Notes under the pieces: model-generated
The model's input: only the letters and a program-made list of their open reading frames with translations
Told to the model about the DNA's origin: nothing
The model's database searches: none
Shown: positions 22,904-59,820 of the stretch, piece by piece
Numbering within the stretch: position 1 is the first letter of the stretch
How the letters are laid out: each line of letters starts with the position of its first letter
Source of the DNA: Fimbriosthenelais zetlandica
Lineage: Eukaryota
NCBI GenBank assembly: GCA_977030845.1
Contig: OZ365109.1
Location: 32,984,001-33,048,000, forward strand
Reading direction: 5' to 3'
Length of the DNA: 64,000 nucleotides
Translations under genes and position numbers: made by a program

Positions 22904-23040
22904 CTAGGATTCCATTTGTGCGGATGCGGAAAAAAATCAGTTATGTACATTTCTACAGGCCTGATTCCTTATGTGCGGATGCGGATGCGTTTTTGTGTGC
23001 GGATGCGGAAGTCGATCGCTCCGGGAACGCATCCCTGAGG
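22904..23040. mobile_element. Repeat fragment rich in GTGCGGATGCGG, likely one end of a DNA transposon
   Basis: Three to four copies of TGCGGATGCGG after GGATTCCATTT. No partner TIR found. Confidence 0.4.
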
Positions 23041-24929
23041 TATGACGTTTCCTAATTTCATACACGAGGTTTAATATGAAGGCACTAAGTCCTTGCATGA
23101 GGACTTATGTCAAAAAGAGAATTTTTGAAATATTTAAATTTCAAAGTTTATTTTAACATAGAGTAACAGGCATTAAGAAACGATGTATTTATATATTAAG
23201 TTTTTATGTCAATATTAAGGTTTTAAGTATGTTTTTTGGTACTCATCTATGATTTTCGGGATTTTCAGTCTGCCTCTCAATACACATTTTTCTCTCACAG
23301 AGGGTCTTTGTTATGTACACAGGTTTTAGGCTGATTGTAATTGGCGACCTGGACAGGAGGTAGATAATTGCCTTCAGTCTATTCCTATAAATTAATTCTA
23401 TAATTATATTCTATATGAATCATCAGAATTCTTGGTAATGCAACTGAATACTTGATCTCTAAAGATAAACGCTGCCTGATTGAACGAGGTTAATCATTGA
23501 GGTGTGAGGCTGTCTTGTAAAACTCTCCTGGGTATATCATGATGATATTATAATGGTTTAGTGGATTTTTAAAGCTTAGTCTGGCAGGGGAAATGGGATT
23601 ATTAATGATTACTGGTAATCATGGTGCTAGTTTTATTTTGTGTTTTGTGTGTAAATTTACGCTTGTCTCACCAGCCAGCTTGGTGACCTATACAGACACC
23701 TAACATAAATTTAGTCCCCCACCACTTTTTTTTAGCATAACAATATCCATATATATGTAACTCTCCTACTTTCAACTAACAAAAACTTGTCTCACAGGAG
23801 TTTCTCGAAGAACAAACTAAACCACATTATATGTTGTATAGGGTCCAAATGTATGTTTCTACCAATAAGTCAGAATGAAAATTATTCACCAATGAGGTGT
23901 AAAGCTGCTTTAACTGAGGCACTGGGCCAGATCATTGTAAACACGAGTCAGGTTGTTGTTTCTGACTTTAGGAAGGCTCAGCAGCAGCACTTTTCTGGAT
24001 AAGCTGTCTCTAGAGAAAGGAGAAGGTTCAATTGAATATATTTAGTAGGTTATAAAAATGACAGGCCATGGCATTTTTGGAGAAACATACATTGGGACCT
24101 TGTGCAACATGTAACAATGCTTTGTTCTTGAAGAAATTACTGTAGTTGAAAGTAGGAGATACTGCTATGCTATTAAAGGTGGGATTAAATTTATGTTAGG
24201 TGTTTGTAGGATCCATGGTCGCATGGTCTTTGATGTCCCGGTTAGCAGCAGTGGGAAAAACACTATTGTGGTGCCCCAGGTAGACACACCAAAGGGGTGG
24301 GTAGCTAATGTATGAACCATATGTGTACTATAATACTATATTGAGCTACCTTGCTACAATATGTCAACAGGTGGTGTCGGTACTCAAGTACACACCTATT
24401 CATAATCAAATATATAAAATGTCAATTAAATCATTCTTTTAATTCTGCAAGTTACTTGTGAAGTATAGATGCTTTTAAATATACTTATCAGATGTATTGT
24501 CTAGAATTACAAACGGGAATCTAAAATCTGATTCATAATTTTACAACTTAAGTAATTTAAGCTTTGGAGGCATTTATACGGTCATAAATACGGTATGATT
24601 TTCGGACATAGCACACTAACTATTACTATACCATTATTAAAAGCTAAAGATTACCTTTGCAGGTTATAATTCATGCTCCGAAAAGAAAAAAAAAGATGAC
24701 GGTTAGGTATGGACGTATTCATTTTGATTGAGAATGGAAATTCACACATTCTTTTTTAACATCGATTTGCTTTAGATCAGTAATTATTCACCAAATGTAC
24801 ACGTATAAACCATGAGTATCTAGATTAGGTCTAGTCTCCTTCAACTGGACCTGATCTCCGGTAGATTGTCCATTCATTTGCACACCTTGATCCAGAAACA
24901 TTGCTAGTCAGGTAAGTTACGTTAGACAG

Positions 24930-25990
24930 CTAGACAACGGCAGAAGCACCCAAGTGTCGCATACAACGAAACCGGCTTTGATTTTTGAGATGGCCCCTAA
25001 AGGCACACCCCGACGCGACAAGCGACAAGCTTGACTGAGCAGGGAAATTTGTATGATTCAGTTAGTCGCGTCAACCAGGCTCGCGCCTAGACACACTGAA
25101 TCGCGTGCTGCCATGCGCCACTGTGCGGCGATTGTGTGTACTAGACCATGACACTACCTGGATCTACCTGGTGGTCATATTACAGGCATCACACGCTTGT
25201 CAGTGTGTTTGAATCAAGGGTGCGACGATTTTCAAGGTCAAAATAGTAGATTGTCGCGTGGCACGTGCTCAAAATCAAAACATTTTGATATGCGAGGGAT
25301 ATGGCGAGGGATCGGCGAGGGTGCCCTCGTCGAGCGATTGCATTGTTGAAGTGCTGCTTTTTTTTTTAAAGTGCTTGGACAACTGCTTGTTATTGCACTG
25401 TCCAAGCAATCTCAAAAACATTGCTTGGTCAATGCAATCTCTCCGCGAGGGTACCCTCGCCGATCCCTCGCCATCGACGATTTTATTGTACGACAGGTGG
25501 GAAGTCTACACGAAAATGACCTTCGCGAGTTAATCGCGAGGTTCTTCTCCAATTCTTTGGAATGCCAAAGATTTTGCAAACACTCACGAAGTTAGCCCCG
25601 AACCCTGACCATTGCAATTCCATCAATTTTCATACGATGGTCAAGATGCCCTCAAGATGCCCATACGATGGTCAAGATGCCCTCACGTATGGCCCGAAGA
25701 TTAGACGATCTGGCAGGAAAATTCGTGTGTCCATCTTGCCATTCGTTATGCCATCTTCAAGGCATCTTCATACATCTTGTCACCGTCGTTGCTACTTCGT
25801 GTAAACATCGTGTAAGATCCATCGGTGTTATTGCCTACTTTGGTCTGAGAACACAATAGGAAGGATACAAGAATCGCCCGATGGCTTCTGGAAGGTAACA
25901 GCCATCTTGAAGGCAACGCAACCACGCTCGAAGAAGCCATCGTGTAGTCATCATAAAGCCATCGTGTTGCATCCCTGTGTCATGTTAATT
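24930..25990. mobile_element. Cluster of GC/CpG-richer non-autonomous repeat fragments, including the MITE relative at 25300-25497
   Basis: Internal inverted repeat ATGGCGAGGGATCGGCGAGGGT / ACCCTCGCCGATCCCTCGCCAT. Downstream GATGG/CCATC-rich block with duplicated CATACGATGGTCAAGATGCCCTCA. Confidence 0.55.
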
Positions 25991-28900
25991 ATGTGTGAAA
26001 TTTATTTAATTATGAACAACCACCATAATTTTGTCTAGTGACAAAATAGCCTAAAGTTGATATCATTGATTTGTGGGATAGGCCTACTACAAAGATTTCT
26101 CTTGGGAGGATTACATGTCAGCCTAGATGAAAATGAGGGAGGAGGAAAGAGGCAGAATGGAGGAGGGAGGATGACAGAGGGAGAATGGAGAAGGGAAAAG
26201 GAAAGAGGGAGAATGGGAATAGTACATGCTTAGGTAAGTTTCGACGAGCCAGTTTCCAGCCAGCGACCCGAAAGTCTTCTGTTTCAAATTATTGCACCAC
26301 CAGATGAGGTGCATACTACATTGCAATGGATAAAAAATTACAGCCTGCAATTAAAGTTTTGAAACAGGATGATAGGCCTACCACAACGACCTCTGCACTT
26401 TAGCCCTCTTCTCCACACACTATTATAGGCCTATTCATTTCTTCGGTATCTTTCTGCAGAAGACAAAAGGATGGATGGAGCATGCAAGACTGACTAAGGC
26501 GACACCGACGAATAGTGGTAGTAAGTAACCAATGACATTATCCATCTAGCCAGGACGCACAAGTCATTCAATACCGACTTTTTTCTCGGTTTCATTTATA
26601 GCATCTTGAAAGATTTCCATGTATCTGGCGATGGGTGGAGATCAGTATTTTAATTTATGTACACAGACAAATCTTACGTTTGAAAATAATGATTTTATTT
26701 CTTTCGATGTAATTGATTTGTTCACAGAACACATGGAAAAGTCAGCAATAACTGAGACGAGCTTAAGCATGTACATGGGTCGGGTGATAATGTCCACTGC
26801 ATGACCCTACTTCTATACACAATGACACAAGTGATTACTTCATCTCACAAAAAACTGCAATTGATTGAAGTATATCGATTTATACTGTACAACAGTGACT
26901 GAACACGAGAGCCTATAGATTTATATACGTAGGCCTATATAGATAAAGATACATACCGGTAGGGTAGGGCGTAAAACTGTACAGGCTGCATTAAATACAG
27001 CAAATATTTCATATATTACAGAATAAAGGCATTACCGGTACGGTTAGGTGTGATTAATGCTAGATATATTATATACATCCAATTGTAGGTGAAGGGCCTC
27101 CTAAAAAAAGAATAGGTACACAAACCCGTCTGGGAATATAGAATTCATTTTCACGTAAGGTGAGCCAATTCCTTCATCTTTAAGGCAATAAACTTTCTCT
27201 ATAGTAGATACACTTGCATTAGTACAATTAAATTATTTTCATATATCAATGTAGAAAATTAGTTTGCTATCTATTGTTTTTGCAACAGCTTAATGGTGTT
27301 TCTTTTAATGATTTAACCTTGAGTGTAGATATATAAGTTGATGTAGGTGAAGTAGTAGTACATGTACTCTATGTTATATAAGAGGATACACTGGAATGGA
27401 AACATAGCTCAAGTGACATTATCAACGGACAACAACGAATGTCCAAAGTTTGTAGTTTCCTTTGACTCAGCAATATTTTAACAAATCCGATTAATTTTGC
27501 TGCAAAATGTGTTTCTTTCTGCTCTTTTGAGAGTGGAAAAATATTTAAGAAACACCAAGTGTTTACAGCCACAAAAGTGGGACATTATATGTGTCTCTCA
27601 CCCTCATATACACCGATACTGGCCTGGAGATATTTACAAGCAGCTCTAGAAGGGTAAAAACCTACCCTCCGCTTTGTAACATGTTTTAGGCAATAACAAT
27701 TAAGTATTTCTTCCTCTATAATCTTCTTACACCTGCAGGTATTTTGCCTGGCATTTCAAAACAAATATATAGAGCATGGGAAATACTAGTGCAGAGCCTG
27801 ATATAGCTATTAACTGTTTCATTCTCAATCGAAGATAGTCTTTGGATCAAGAGAAGATCAATTCTTCAGCCTTTCTTTTGCATTTAAGATCACATGTATC
27901 TGGTTTCCATTATAATCAGCCTAATTCTGCATTTAGTCTAGGGCAATCTACCACAAAAATGTGAAAAAGAAATGTCATTTTGTAAAGGAAACCACTATGA
28001 TTGAAAATAGTAAACTTCACATTAACTGTACATCTTGATTGTCTTTCTTTCATAAAGATGCTGCCTTATCCATCACTTTTACAAGTCAACAACTGAAAAA
28101 GTGTCCAGAAAATAGTGAGCATAAGATTAGATAAAGAATATCAAGAGCAATTAAATATATTCAAGTGACCTTTTTCGAATTTTGCCTTTTCCTGTATACA
28201 CTCTTCTAAAGCTACAAATATATAGGGTATACATCATCTTTATATATAGATATATAATCATATTTATGTACATCGTTCATATACACCGGGATTGTATGTG
28301 TCCATTTTATATATACAATAAATGCAATACTCTATACAGAGCTCCTACAACTTATTCCATTTTAATATTAAAATTCTAAAGCTTGAATAAAACTATGCTT
28401 CTCCCATCCAACGGAAGCCTCGCTCCAATGGACTGCAAAATTCTAAGAACTACTGATGATCATTAAAATTGCAAAATACAGGTAGTTCCGGGAACATCTG
28501 TATGACAGAGATATTATATATAAAGCCCATCTATTGCAATAGAACTAATCATGATTTGTATAATTTAGAATTTTCTCTGTGCAAAAGGGTTTACGGTAAT
28601 TTAGTTTAACGCTATTGTTGATATAACACAACGAAACTAAAATATATAACAAATAATGAAAGCTTCTATTAAAAATGTCCCTTCAGGTTCTAAATTTTAA
28701 TTATAAGGATAAAAAGCACTGGTATAATTATAGAGGGACATATAAAATATATAACATGTAGAGCACCTTTAAGAGAGAGCAAGCACAACAAGGTAAAGAC
28801 ATGTTGTTAACCTAACCAGAATTATAAATATTGAATAATTATTGAAATTCTCTCTTTGCTAAAGTTCGTACTTTATAGCATGGGAGAATTATGTGCTTTC

Positions 28901-29603
28901 TTGAATCAGGGGGAAAAGAAAAAATATCGGTTGAAAGAATGAAGAAATGAACTAAATCACACGAAATTTACAATGGCTCAATGTATAATTCAGTACACTA
29001 CCGTTAAAAATAAAGAGAAATATATCAGAATGGAACAAATGGGCCAGCCACTTCCTTATGGCGCCCTAATGGCAGTATATAACAGTAAGAAATAAACAGA
29101 AACAATAACAATGTGGCCAAACAGGGGTATCTCAACACCGTTCTGTGCCCCTGGCCGTCAAAATAATAACCTAAACCTTGAGGTACTGTCACACATTATT
29201 CACTAACAATGGGAAATATTCTACCATCAGAATTCATTAACACTGTCAAGACACATGAAGTTCTATTAAAAACAAATTTAAAAAACTTGCAGAATTTAAC
29301 ATATATTTTTCTTTGAATTAATAAAACTGTTAGGGTATAATCGAAGAATCAACTACTTTTTTTCCATTTTCTCTGGTAAAACCAAATTAAAAACCGAGAT
29401 AGTTCAAATTGGCGATACTCAAATCACTTCCATATTTTAACATCCGCTTCACATCAGGGCGATTTTAGTATCTTTTAGTGCTCACTGGCCTGTGTCATCA
29501 CTAAATATGTTATAAGTAGTATTCAGTCCGTTTCATGACCAACATTTGGGCCATGGCTTCACGAGTTTCCACAGCCTTGTTTCATAACGTCGGGGTTTTC
29601 TTT

Positions 29604-52234
<22,631 letters not shown>

Positions 52235-52834
52235 CTGAAACACAAACACAAACTATATAATAACTGGTATAAGAAGAAACGAGGATGGGTCCTCTAGGTC
52301 CAAAGATTAAAAAAAAAACCTTTTTCATTGACCTATATAATTATAATAGATCATACCACTAGGTTTTAGAAGCACAGCTTATTTTAGACAATATGATCGG
52401 CTCCTTACCCCGGCCTGCTGGGACACACACAGGGATGGATATTTTTATGATATCTAAGCTTATTTGGCCTTATGGTGATAAGCTTTTATTTGCCAATATA
52501 GGCCTAACTTATATTCTTGGTGCCATTTAGGACTTTTGAATGTGCCAGAGGCATTCGAAATATTTCCATTACCAGGGAGGATTACAAGATAGCCTACCTA
52601 CAAATTACTTATACCGAAATGACCATAAATTATAGGGCCTACATTTATTTATTTTAACAATTTACCTAGGAATATTTAAAATGATGGAAACAGTGTCTAA
52701 GTGATAAATCTGCAAAATCTAAGCAGATATTCCTGTCATTCAGTCAATGATACATTGTAAATGTGGTCATCTAATGTTATTAAAGCCCATGCATAGCAGA
52801 TGACTTTTTTTCCCTATATGACTTCAAACATAAA

Positions 52835-52925
52835 CAACACGTGACGTCTGTGTTGTCATAGTTAACGAGGTCACATACGAACCACGTGACCGAGGAATCC
52901 AAAGATGGCCCCAAACAATGGGAAG
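52835..52925. promoter_or_regulatory. Promoter-like motif cluster 600 bp upstream of BAH-gene exon 52234
   Basis: CACGTGACGTC (E-box plus CRE), a second CACGTGAC, and YY1-like AAGATGGC within about 90 bp. Confidence 0.4.
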
Positions 52926-55369
52926 GGCAGGGCGGGATCAAGAGGGGTCAGGTGAGGGCAGTGAAGGTCGCACAGCATGGGGGAGCGTTGACAGTTACTG
53001 ATCAATGGTAAAGAATGCATGGGGGACCGTGACGAATCCATCCCAGAGATGAAGGGTAGAGAGTTTATTGTGGATGGGGAGATAAAAAGAAGAGCTGCCA
53101 GAACGGAGATAGAACATAGTCAGAGACAAGGGAGGATAAAGGACAGTAGATAGTCACCAATAGGGAAGACAATGGGGACAGGACTCTAACTTAAGGCAAA
53201 GACAATGGACAGATGGGGGACAGATATGGGGGACAATGGATGTTTCGGACAGAAAGGGGAAGAGAACAGAAGAGTAGGCATAGGTCTAAAAGGAGAGCAA
53301 ATCAAGAGCATATGTGGAGGATGAGGAAAGGGAGTTCAAGAGAATCGGTGTCATTTTAATTAATTCATAGCTTGCATTCCTTTATTATAGGCTAACATTT
53401 CCTCAAAAGGGAATCAAGACTGAGAAATAGGCCTACAATAAGACAGAAGGGGTGTAGATTTATGTGTAGACAGAGAGGTTTCCCTCATTTTGCTTGGACC
53501 GCTGCCTGCAACAGACGTGCCCCACTTATTATACGTGCTCTGATTTATATCACATTCATTTTGTCTGCCAGTCACGAGGGAAAAGAAAGCATCTTTGAGG
53601 TTTTAGCGACATGGACCACTTCCAGACTTCTTTTTTGGACGACTACTTTGAATATGTCCGCTCTAAAATCAATGAGCAATCCAGAAAACTATGAATATTA
53701 ATTCACTTTTTTATGTAAATCTGGTGAGGCACGTGGTAGGTCTTATAGAGAAGAAAATGTCGATAGGTCAAAGTGAGAAACAACCGAATCCCTTGTCCCA
53801 ATAGTCTACGTAGGATTGCACTGATGAATCGTGCTAATCACTAAATAACCGAAAATATCTCGAGGAAATGGAATATGGATTGTTAGTTGATTATTGAAAT
53901 ACATCAATTCATAAGCTGTCAGCACCCGTTTGCCCAAAGAATATTGATATAATTGCCAATTATAATCTAACCAATATGATGTAGGCCTATCATAATCTTT
54001 ATACCGGTATTACAAGTACATGTATACACAAATGGACCCATGTCAGGTTCTGGAATTTCCCAGCTCACACATGCAACTGTTCTCATTTCAGGTTTGTTTA
54101 TGAGTTTTCTGATAACATCTTCCAACCTTAAACCCAATATAGGCTACGAACCGGAAGCTGGCTGCCGTAAAAGAAATCGGCTATCACAGTAGCATGCGAG
54201 AAGTAGTTCCAGAAGCGTTTTTGGGGTTCCTACTGACCCGCTTCCCTCTGAGTGGTATGTGATAAAAGGGGTTTTCTTCAGGGTATCTCAAGGACCCGCA
54301 TGAGGCTGCAGATCGGCAGAGTCTGTACTACTCCAGTAGGCTTATTGAATGTGAACTCAAGGTCTTTGGGTGCATTCTTCTGAACACTGTGACGTCACAA
54401 CCAGCATAAGAGAAAGCCAGTTTAGCTTTAAATAATGCAGAACGCAATATATTACACCCGTAAAAAAAGGCACCAGGAAGTAGGCCTATAGCAAAGCCAA
54501 CCCATATATTATAAGGCCTGTGGTATACATGACATGATGGTTTTTGTCCCAAAGATATCAACTGAATATTTATGTAGGCCTTGGCCTGTGACATTCCTAA
54601 AATGAGAATGATGGAAATCAACTGATAGAATATCTCACTACTTTGTAGTCCTACCGACAATTAGGCTGACAATTATGCCTATAGTTGTTGGACAGACATC
54701 TTTGCAATTGGAGTCAAAAAAAGAGGCCTATAAAGAATAAAGCCTACGTAGAATAGCACAAACAATATAAATGAATTTTATTCAAAAGCTCAAATTATGT
54801 ATTAGGCCTAATAATCCAATTACCTGCGAATTGATAATGTTAACATTACAAGTAGGAGGCTTAACTCGGATTTGCATAAAATGAAATAACAGGTTAACAT
54901 TAGTCTAAGTAGGCACAATAGGCCTCGTATGCATATTGCTTTAATCTGTTTCCGATTTATAGGTCACATTCCTCGTTGTGAAATGAGGTAAGACCAACAT
55001 CCATTGGTAGCCCAGGCAAGGGTTAGTTGGCCGTGCATGCCAGGCAGGAGGGGTTTGTGGGGGAAGAGAAGAGAGGTGGGAGGAGAGGCGGGGAGAGGAA
55101 GCCAAGCAGCAAGAGCATCAGCATCAGCAACATCAGCAGGGCTTCCAACTCTAGCACTGCCTCCAAGTCCAAACAAGACCCGATGCCAAACACACGTTCT
55201 AACCACCTATTTATCAAAACCCCTCCCCTAAAACTTCCCTCTCCCATATGACAACAATTTTTCACCAAATATCCCAATACCATTTCCCACCTCTCATCGG
55301 TTTCTGTGTGAATCTCCCGATCTATTTTGTGAAAAATTGGAATTTCATTTGCACGGTAGCCGGGCATGG

Positions 55370-55520
55370 ATCCCAAACCAAGATGGCTGCCGTAATGGGC
55401 GTGAAGAGACGCTGCGTCGCCTTGGTGAGCGCCTGGCGGGAATGGCGCGGGCGGGAATCAGGCGGGAAAGACCGCCATCTCACCATGCCGGCCCGACCGA
55501 ACCTGATGGCACAGAACCGG
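55370..55520. promoter_or_regulatory. CpG/GC-rich promoter-like island inside the long upstream intron
   Basis: CAAGATGGCTGCC (YY1-like, +), CGCCATCT (YY1-like, -), and repeated GGCGGGAA (E2F-like) in an otherwise AT-rich region. Confidence 0.45.
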
Positions 55521-58500
55521 GCAATGACTGAAAGGCCAGGGCGGTCTCTTAGTTACACGGAAGCAAGGGATTTAAAGGGGCTGTCTGACAAACAAAGACG
55601 CCCTATCTGTCTTCTCCAGGCGAGGCCCTGGAGGCAGCAGGGTGAAATGCAGGCCACTCTGAAGCTTATACAACAGACTCTGTGTGCCATCTCTTCTAAA
55701 CCACAAATGGTTGGTGGTCTTGGACAGCAAGCTGTGTGTGGCAAGCTTCACCTTCACATGCAAACGCATGCACACATGCCCCATTCACTCTCGCACGCAT
55801 AGGGTTCCCACGGAGTTCCTCTGGAACCTTGAACTACTCGTCTTACCAGTAAGCTATCAATAAATCCTCCATCCCGCCCGCTTCCCACTGATCCTCATTT
55901 ATTCTCCCAGTCAAATATACTACCCTTGCTTTGCCTGGCACTTTGGACTTCATTCAAGATTGATTACAGTTGCATTAGATCCCAGTGATATCAGACGTTC
56001 AGATTAGGTTTCCCTTCCCTGCCTCTTTGCCTAGTATGTCATATTAAACATTTTTCTTGGCAAAAGCCATCATTGCACCATTCTAGTCACTCAGCCAAAA
56101 ATGTAGTGAGTCCACATATTTTTTTTGGTCTATGGAGCTATGCTTTTCTCATGGGATTAAGAAACAGCCAGTTACACCAAGCTTTGACCGACCAAGGCCT
56201 TGTTCCTGTCCCCATGGCAGTAAGCACTTCGGCCCTATGTCCTAAATAGTTCTAAATATCTAAATCTTGATGTATTGTGTGGGAGGGTTGGGTTTATGTC
56301 CAGTCCCAATTCACCCGTCTGTGCAGGGTTCCATTTCCAATCCTGGTTAGGACACAAATGTTTTAAACCTATTGAACACTTCATAATTATTTTTCCATCA
56401 TTGGACCTTTTTGACGAATCTATTTTGATATTTTGCATGGAAACCTTTAGATCCCTCTTATTTTCCTTTCCATCAACCCTTCACACCAGAGATCAATAGT
56501 TGTCATGGTCGCTTGTTTGCATGGACGCTTGTCTCTGTGTGCACAACATGAACAAGGTGCATAAAATTTGAACCGATCTTCATTTTATTACGTCCCTGAA
56601 CCCAACTCAAGGACAACTCGCCAGGACTGCAACTTGCAAAGGTAAAATGTAAACTACACTTACATTACATATGAAAGATACTGTACATACAACCGACCTC
56701 AGTGACCCTATAGATAAATGGCCCCTTTTTCCTTCCTTTGGGGATTCAATATTACAGGCCTACATCATTAGCGTAATTCTTCTGATGACTATACATGTAT
56801 ATCCTTAAGCTAAGCACTTTAGCATGAAAATTGAAATATCACAACTTCTGTCAGTCATTAGTAACTTGTTCAATCATACCAAAGCTATCTTGTCAAGTTA
56901 AAAGTAATATCTTGCATAAGGTTTGGTCCAAAGGAGGCCCTCCGTTTGGCGAGGGGTAAACTAGACAACCATAAGGTACTGTACACATGCATTACCTATT
57001 ATCCCAACCAAGCCTTTGTCATATGACAAGGCTGCTAATCCCACATTCTGGCAGGACGCCAAAAGTCAATATTACAAGGGAGACAGAGGGAGAGTGACAG
57101 AGAGGCAGGGAACGAGGGAGAAACTAGAAATGAGAGGAGAAAACTGGAAACTGGAAATAGAAGTGAAAGGTGAACAAATAACCTAGGCAAAATTAAAGAA
57201 TATAACGGGCGAGAAAAAATTGTAAACAAGAACTACTTTCTCCCTTCATCTTTTCAGTCATTCCATCCCATCACAGACCGTGCTCCCATCTTTCAATTTT
57301 AACAAACTAAGGGCCTAATATTTTGCCATATAATATTAATGAGGAAGTTCTACCAATCCCTGAAGACTTGACCTGCATGGTATTTTCATTGACTCGTTGA
57401 TTGACCCGGTCATTGACACCAGCTCTCCCACTTCCCACATCAGATCTAACCTGAAGTTTCCTGGCCCTCCTGGAATCCTGGACCCCATGAATAAAACTGC
57501 TCAATTCAAGAACAAGGGCTGCCAAAAGGAATGCCGAAGCCTATATTGCGAGACACAAATAAACTAATCGGGACACACTCATCCTACAACAGAGGGTTCA
57601 AAGAATTAAAGAGAATGTACATCAAAATGTAACAAACATCACCAACTTTATTCCGAGAGGAAGTTTTCAGTTTATTAAAACTGTTAAAATAAAATCAATG
57701 TTTTTTCTGAAATATTTCATTTTTACAACATTCCTCAGTGGTAATTTCGCCATACATGTGATTTCATATATTTTGTCTGATGACAAACTTAATATTTTGT
57801 ATTTTCCTAGATCCACTTTTTAGCCCTAGTTCAAACCGATAGACACCCAAGACCTATTATAGTACACCATCCTGCATGTTGTTGGAGCTATAGGCCTAAC
57901 GTGGTCATTTAAAGATCCACAATGTCAGCGGTAAACAAGGACCTCTTGTATATCTCCATTAAATTTGTAACGCATGTCACAGGGGATGTATGTCATCAAA
58001 ATTTGGATATGTACCATATTTACCCAATTTATATCCAGTATCAGACACAGTCAAACAATGCAATCATTGTACATGTACTGCATTTGGCATTTCATGATTA
58101 AAAGGTGGCATTATTTCTTGTCCGATGCCAGGCTACGATAAGCGCAATGGGAATATTTATGTGAACTGTTTGCGCACATAACTTCCTTGTAACTGATGGT
58201 ACAAGAATTACCTGACCAAGCAATATATTCAGGAGGGAGGAAATACGGTATTGTTGCAGTACATACGCAGGCCCCAAGCATCTGCCAAGCCAGCCGAACC
58301 ACACGAGAAAGATATCCACTTGATTATTGTCCGAACCTCTTGATATTCATCGTTCCAGAAGAGTTCGTACTCTTCCCCTGGAGGCATGGATTCGGTCTGC
58401 TGGGTAAGGTGGAGTCGGGGACTAGGGGTGTTTTAGTTTGAGGAAGGAGCAGGAGGGGGCTGACTATGGGGACTTATGTCTCAAATTATCCTGCATAGAT

Positions 58501-59599
58501 GACATGGAAGGATTGGGTGCCATAGGGTGCAGGACAAAGTCACATGAACGAAAGGGAAAGAATGTAATAATTATTATATATGGGGGGTAGGTGATGAGAA
58601 GGCAATGCACAGACGAGGGGCAAGGGAAAATGTAGAGTTCGAGTACGAGTTCACAGGCGAGAGGAGAGTAAGGGAGAGAGTGGACTTTAACGAACTAAGA
58701 TGTGGATAAAATCCAATATAGAAGGTACAGTACACTACACTATAAGAGGGTTCCCAATAATGTCCCTTCTAAATTTCCTTACATTTTCCTGACTATAATT
58801 CCCTGACTAGAGTTCCCTAACCAATTCTAATGATCACCGTTTTATTTTGTTATGCTACTTTCAAAACGAAATGAGCACAGAAGAAGGAAAATGGGGTTTT
58901 CCTTACCAGCAGGGACTCATTTTAATGTATAGATATAAAATAATAACAGTTAAAGAGAGATCACAACTTCATCAACATATTTTTCTCACAACCTTTCCTA
59001 TTCAAAACACTGAATAAGATAAATGGCTTGTTTTGACCTATTAGCTCGATATTAATACCATTTTTTCCCTATAACTAATTATTCCATAACAATTAATCTA
59101 CCTGAGATGAATAATCAGAGTATCGTATTTAATTAAGAAGTCCATCTCGATTCGTAGTTTATCCTCAGTGTATCCCCTTTATTACACAAAATACCTGTAG
59201 ACGTTTCACTATCCCGTCTTTGATTACTGTCATTTTGTTTTGTGATAAATTAATTACTGGTTTTGACCATGCACTGTCACGCACATCAAATTATTTTCGG
59301 CAACCAGCATTTAACCAGTATTTGATACCTCAGGGGACTGATCAGTCTTACAGGGCCTACCAGTTTGTATCCACGTTCTGAATACATTTTTAACGCCCTC
59401 ATTCTATCAACAACTTCTCCCCATTCTTTCAAATTATAGGTCCCTTTATTTGACCCTACTTCAACATTTATGTCAATTGCTCCAATAGACAATTAAAAAA
59501 AATAGTTCATTGGTCGTCAAGGATAGCACTAGCAACGCGGGACAGGGAATGGGTGATAAGAAGAGGATGGTCTCCGAAAGAATGGTGGGAGACGGGCAG

Positions 59600-59820
59600 G
59601 CAGGAAGAAGAGCTATCACGGTGGGAGCAGAGAGTATAGGGAAACAGGCGGGCAGGATGAGAGAAGGAAATCGTTGGGAGGAATGGTGACAGGGAGGTAG
59701 AAGATCTGCCAGAGAGGGAGTCGGGCAAGTAGGGTGGGAGGCAGGCAAGCAGGGAGGTAGACAGGCAAGCAGGGAGGGAAGCAGGCAAGCAGGAAGGTTA
59801 AGGAGCTCTCAGGGAGGGAG
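59600..59820. repeat. Purine-rich low-complexity tract with GGCAAGCAGG repeats
   Basis: AGGCAGGCAAGCAGGGAG recurs several times. Confidence 0.7.

Noticed and set aside
54964-55802. Overlapping ORFs around the GC-rich island
   Set aside because: No recognisable domains or consistent splice sites; the ORF density is explained by GC content.
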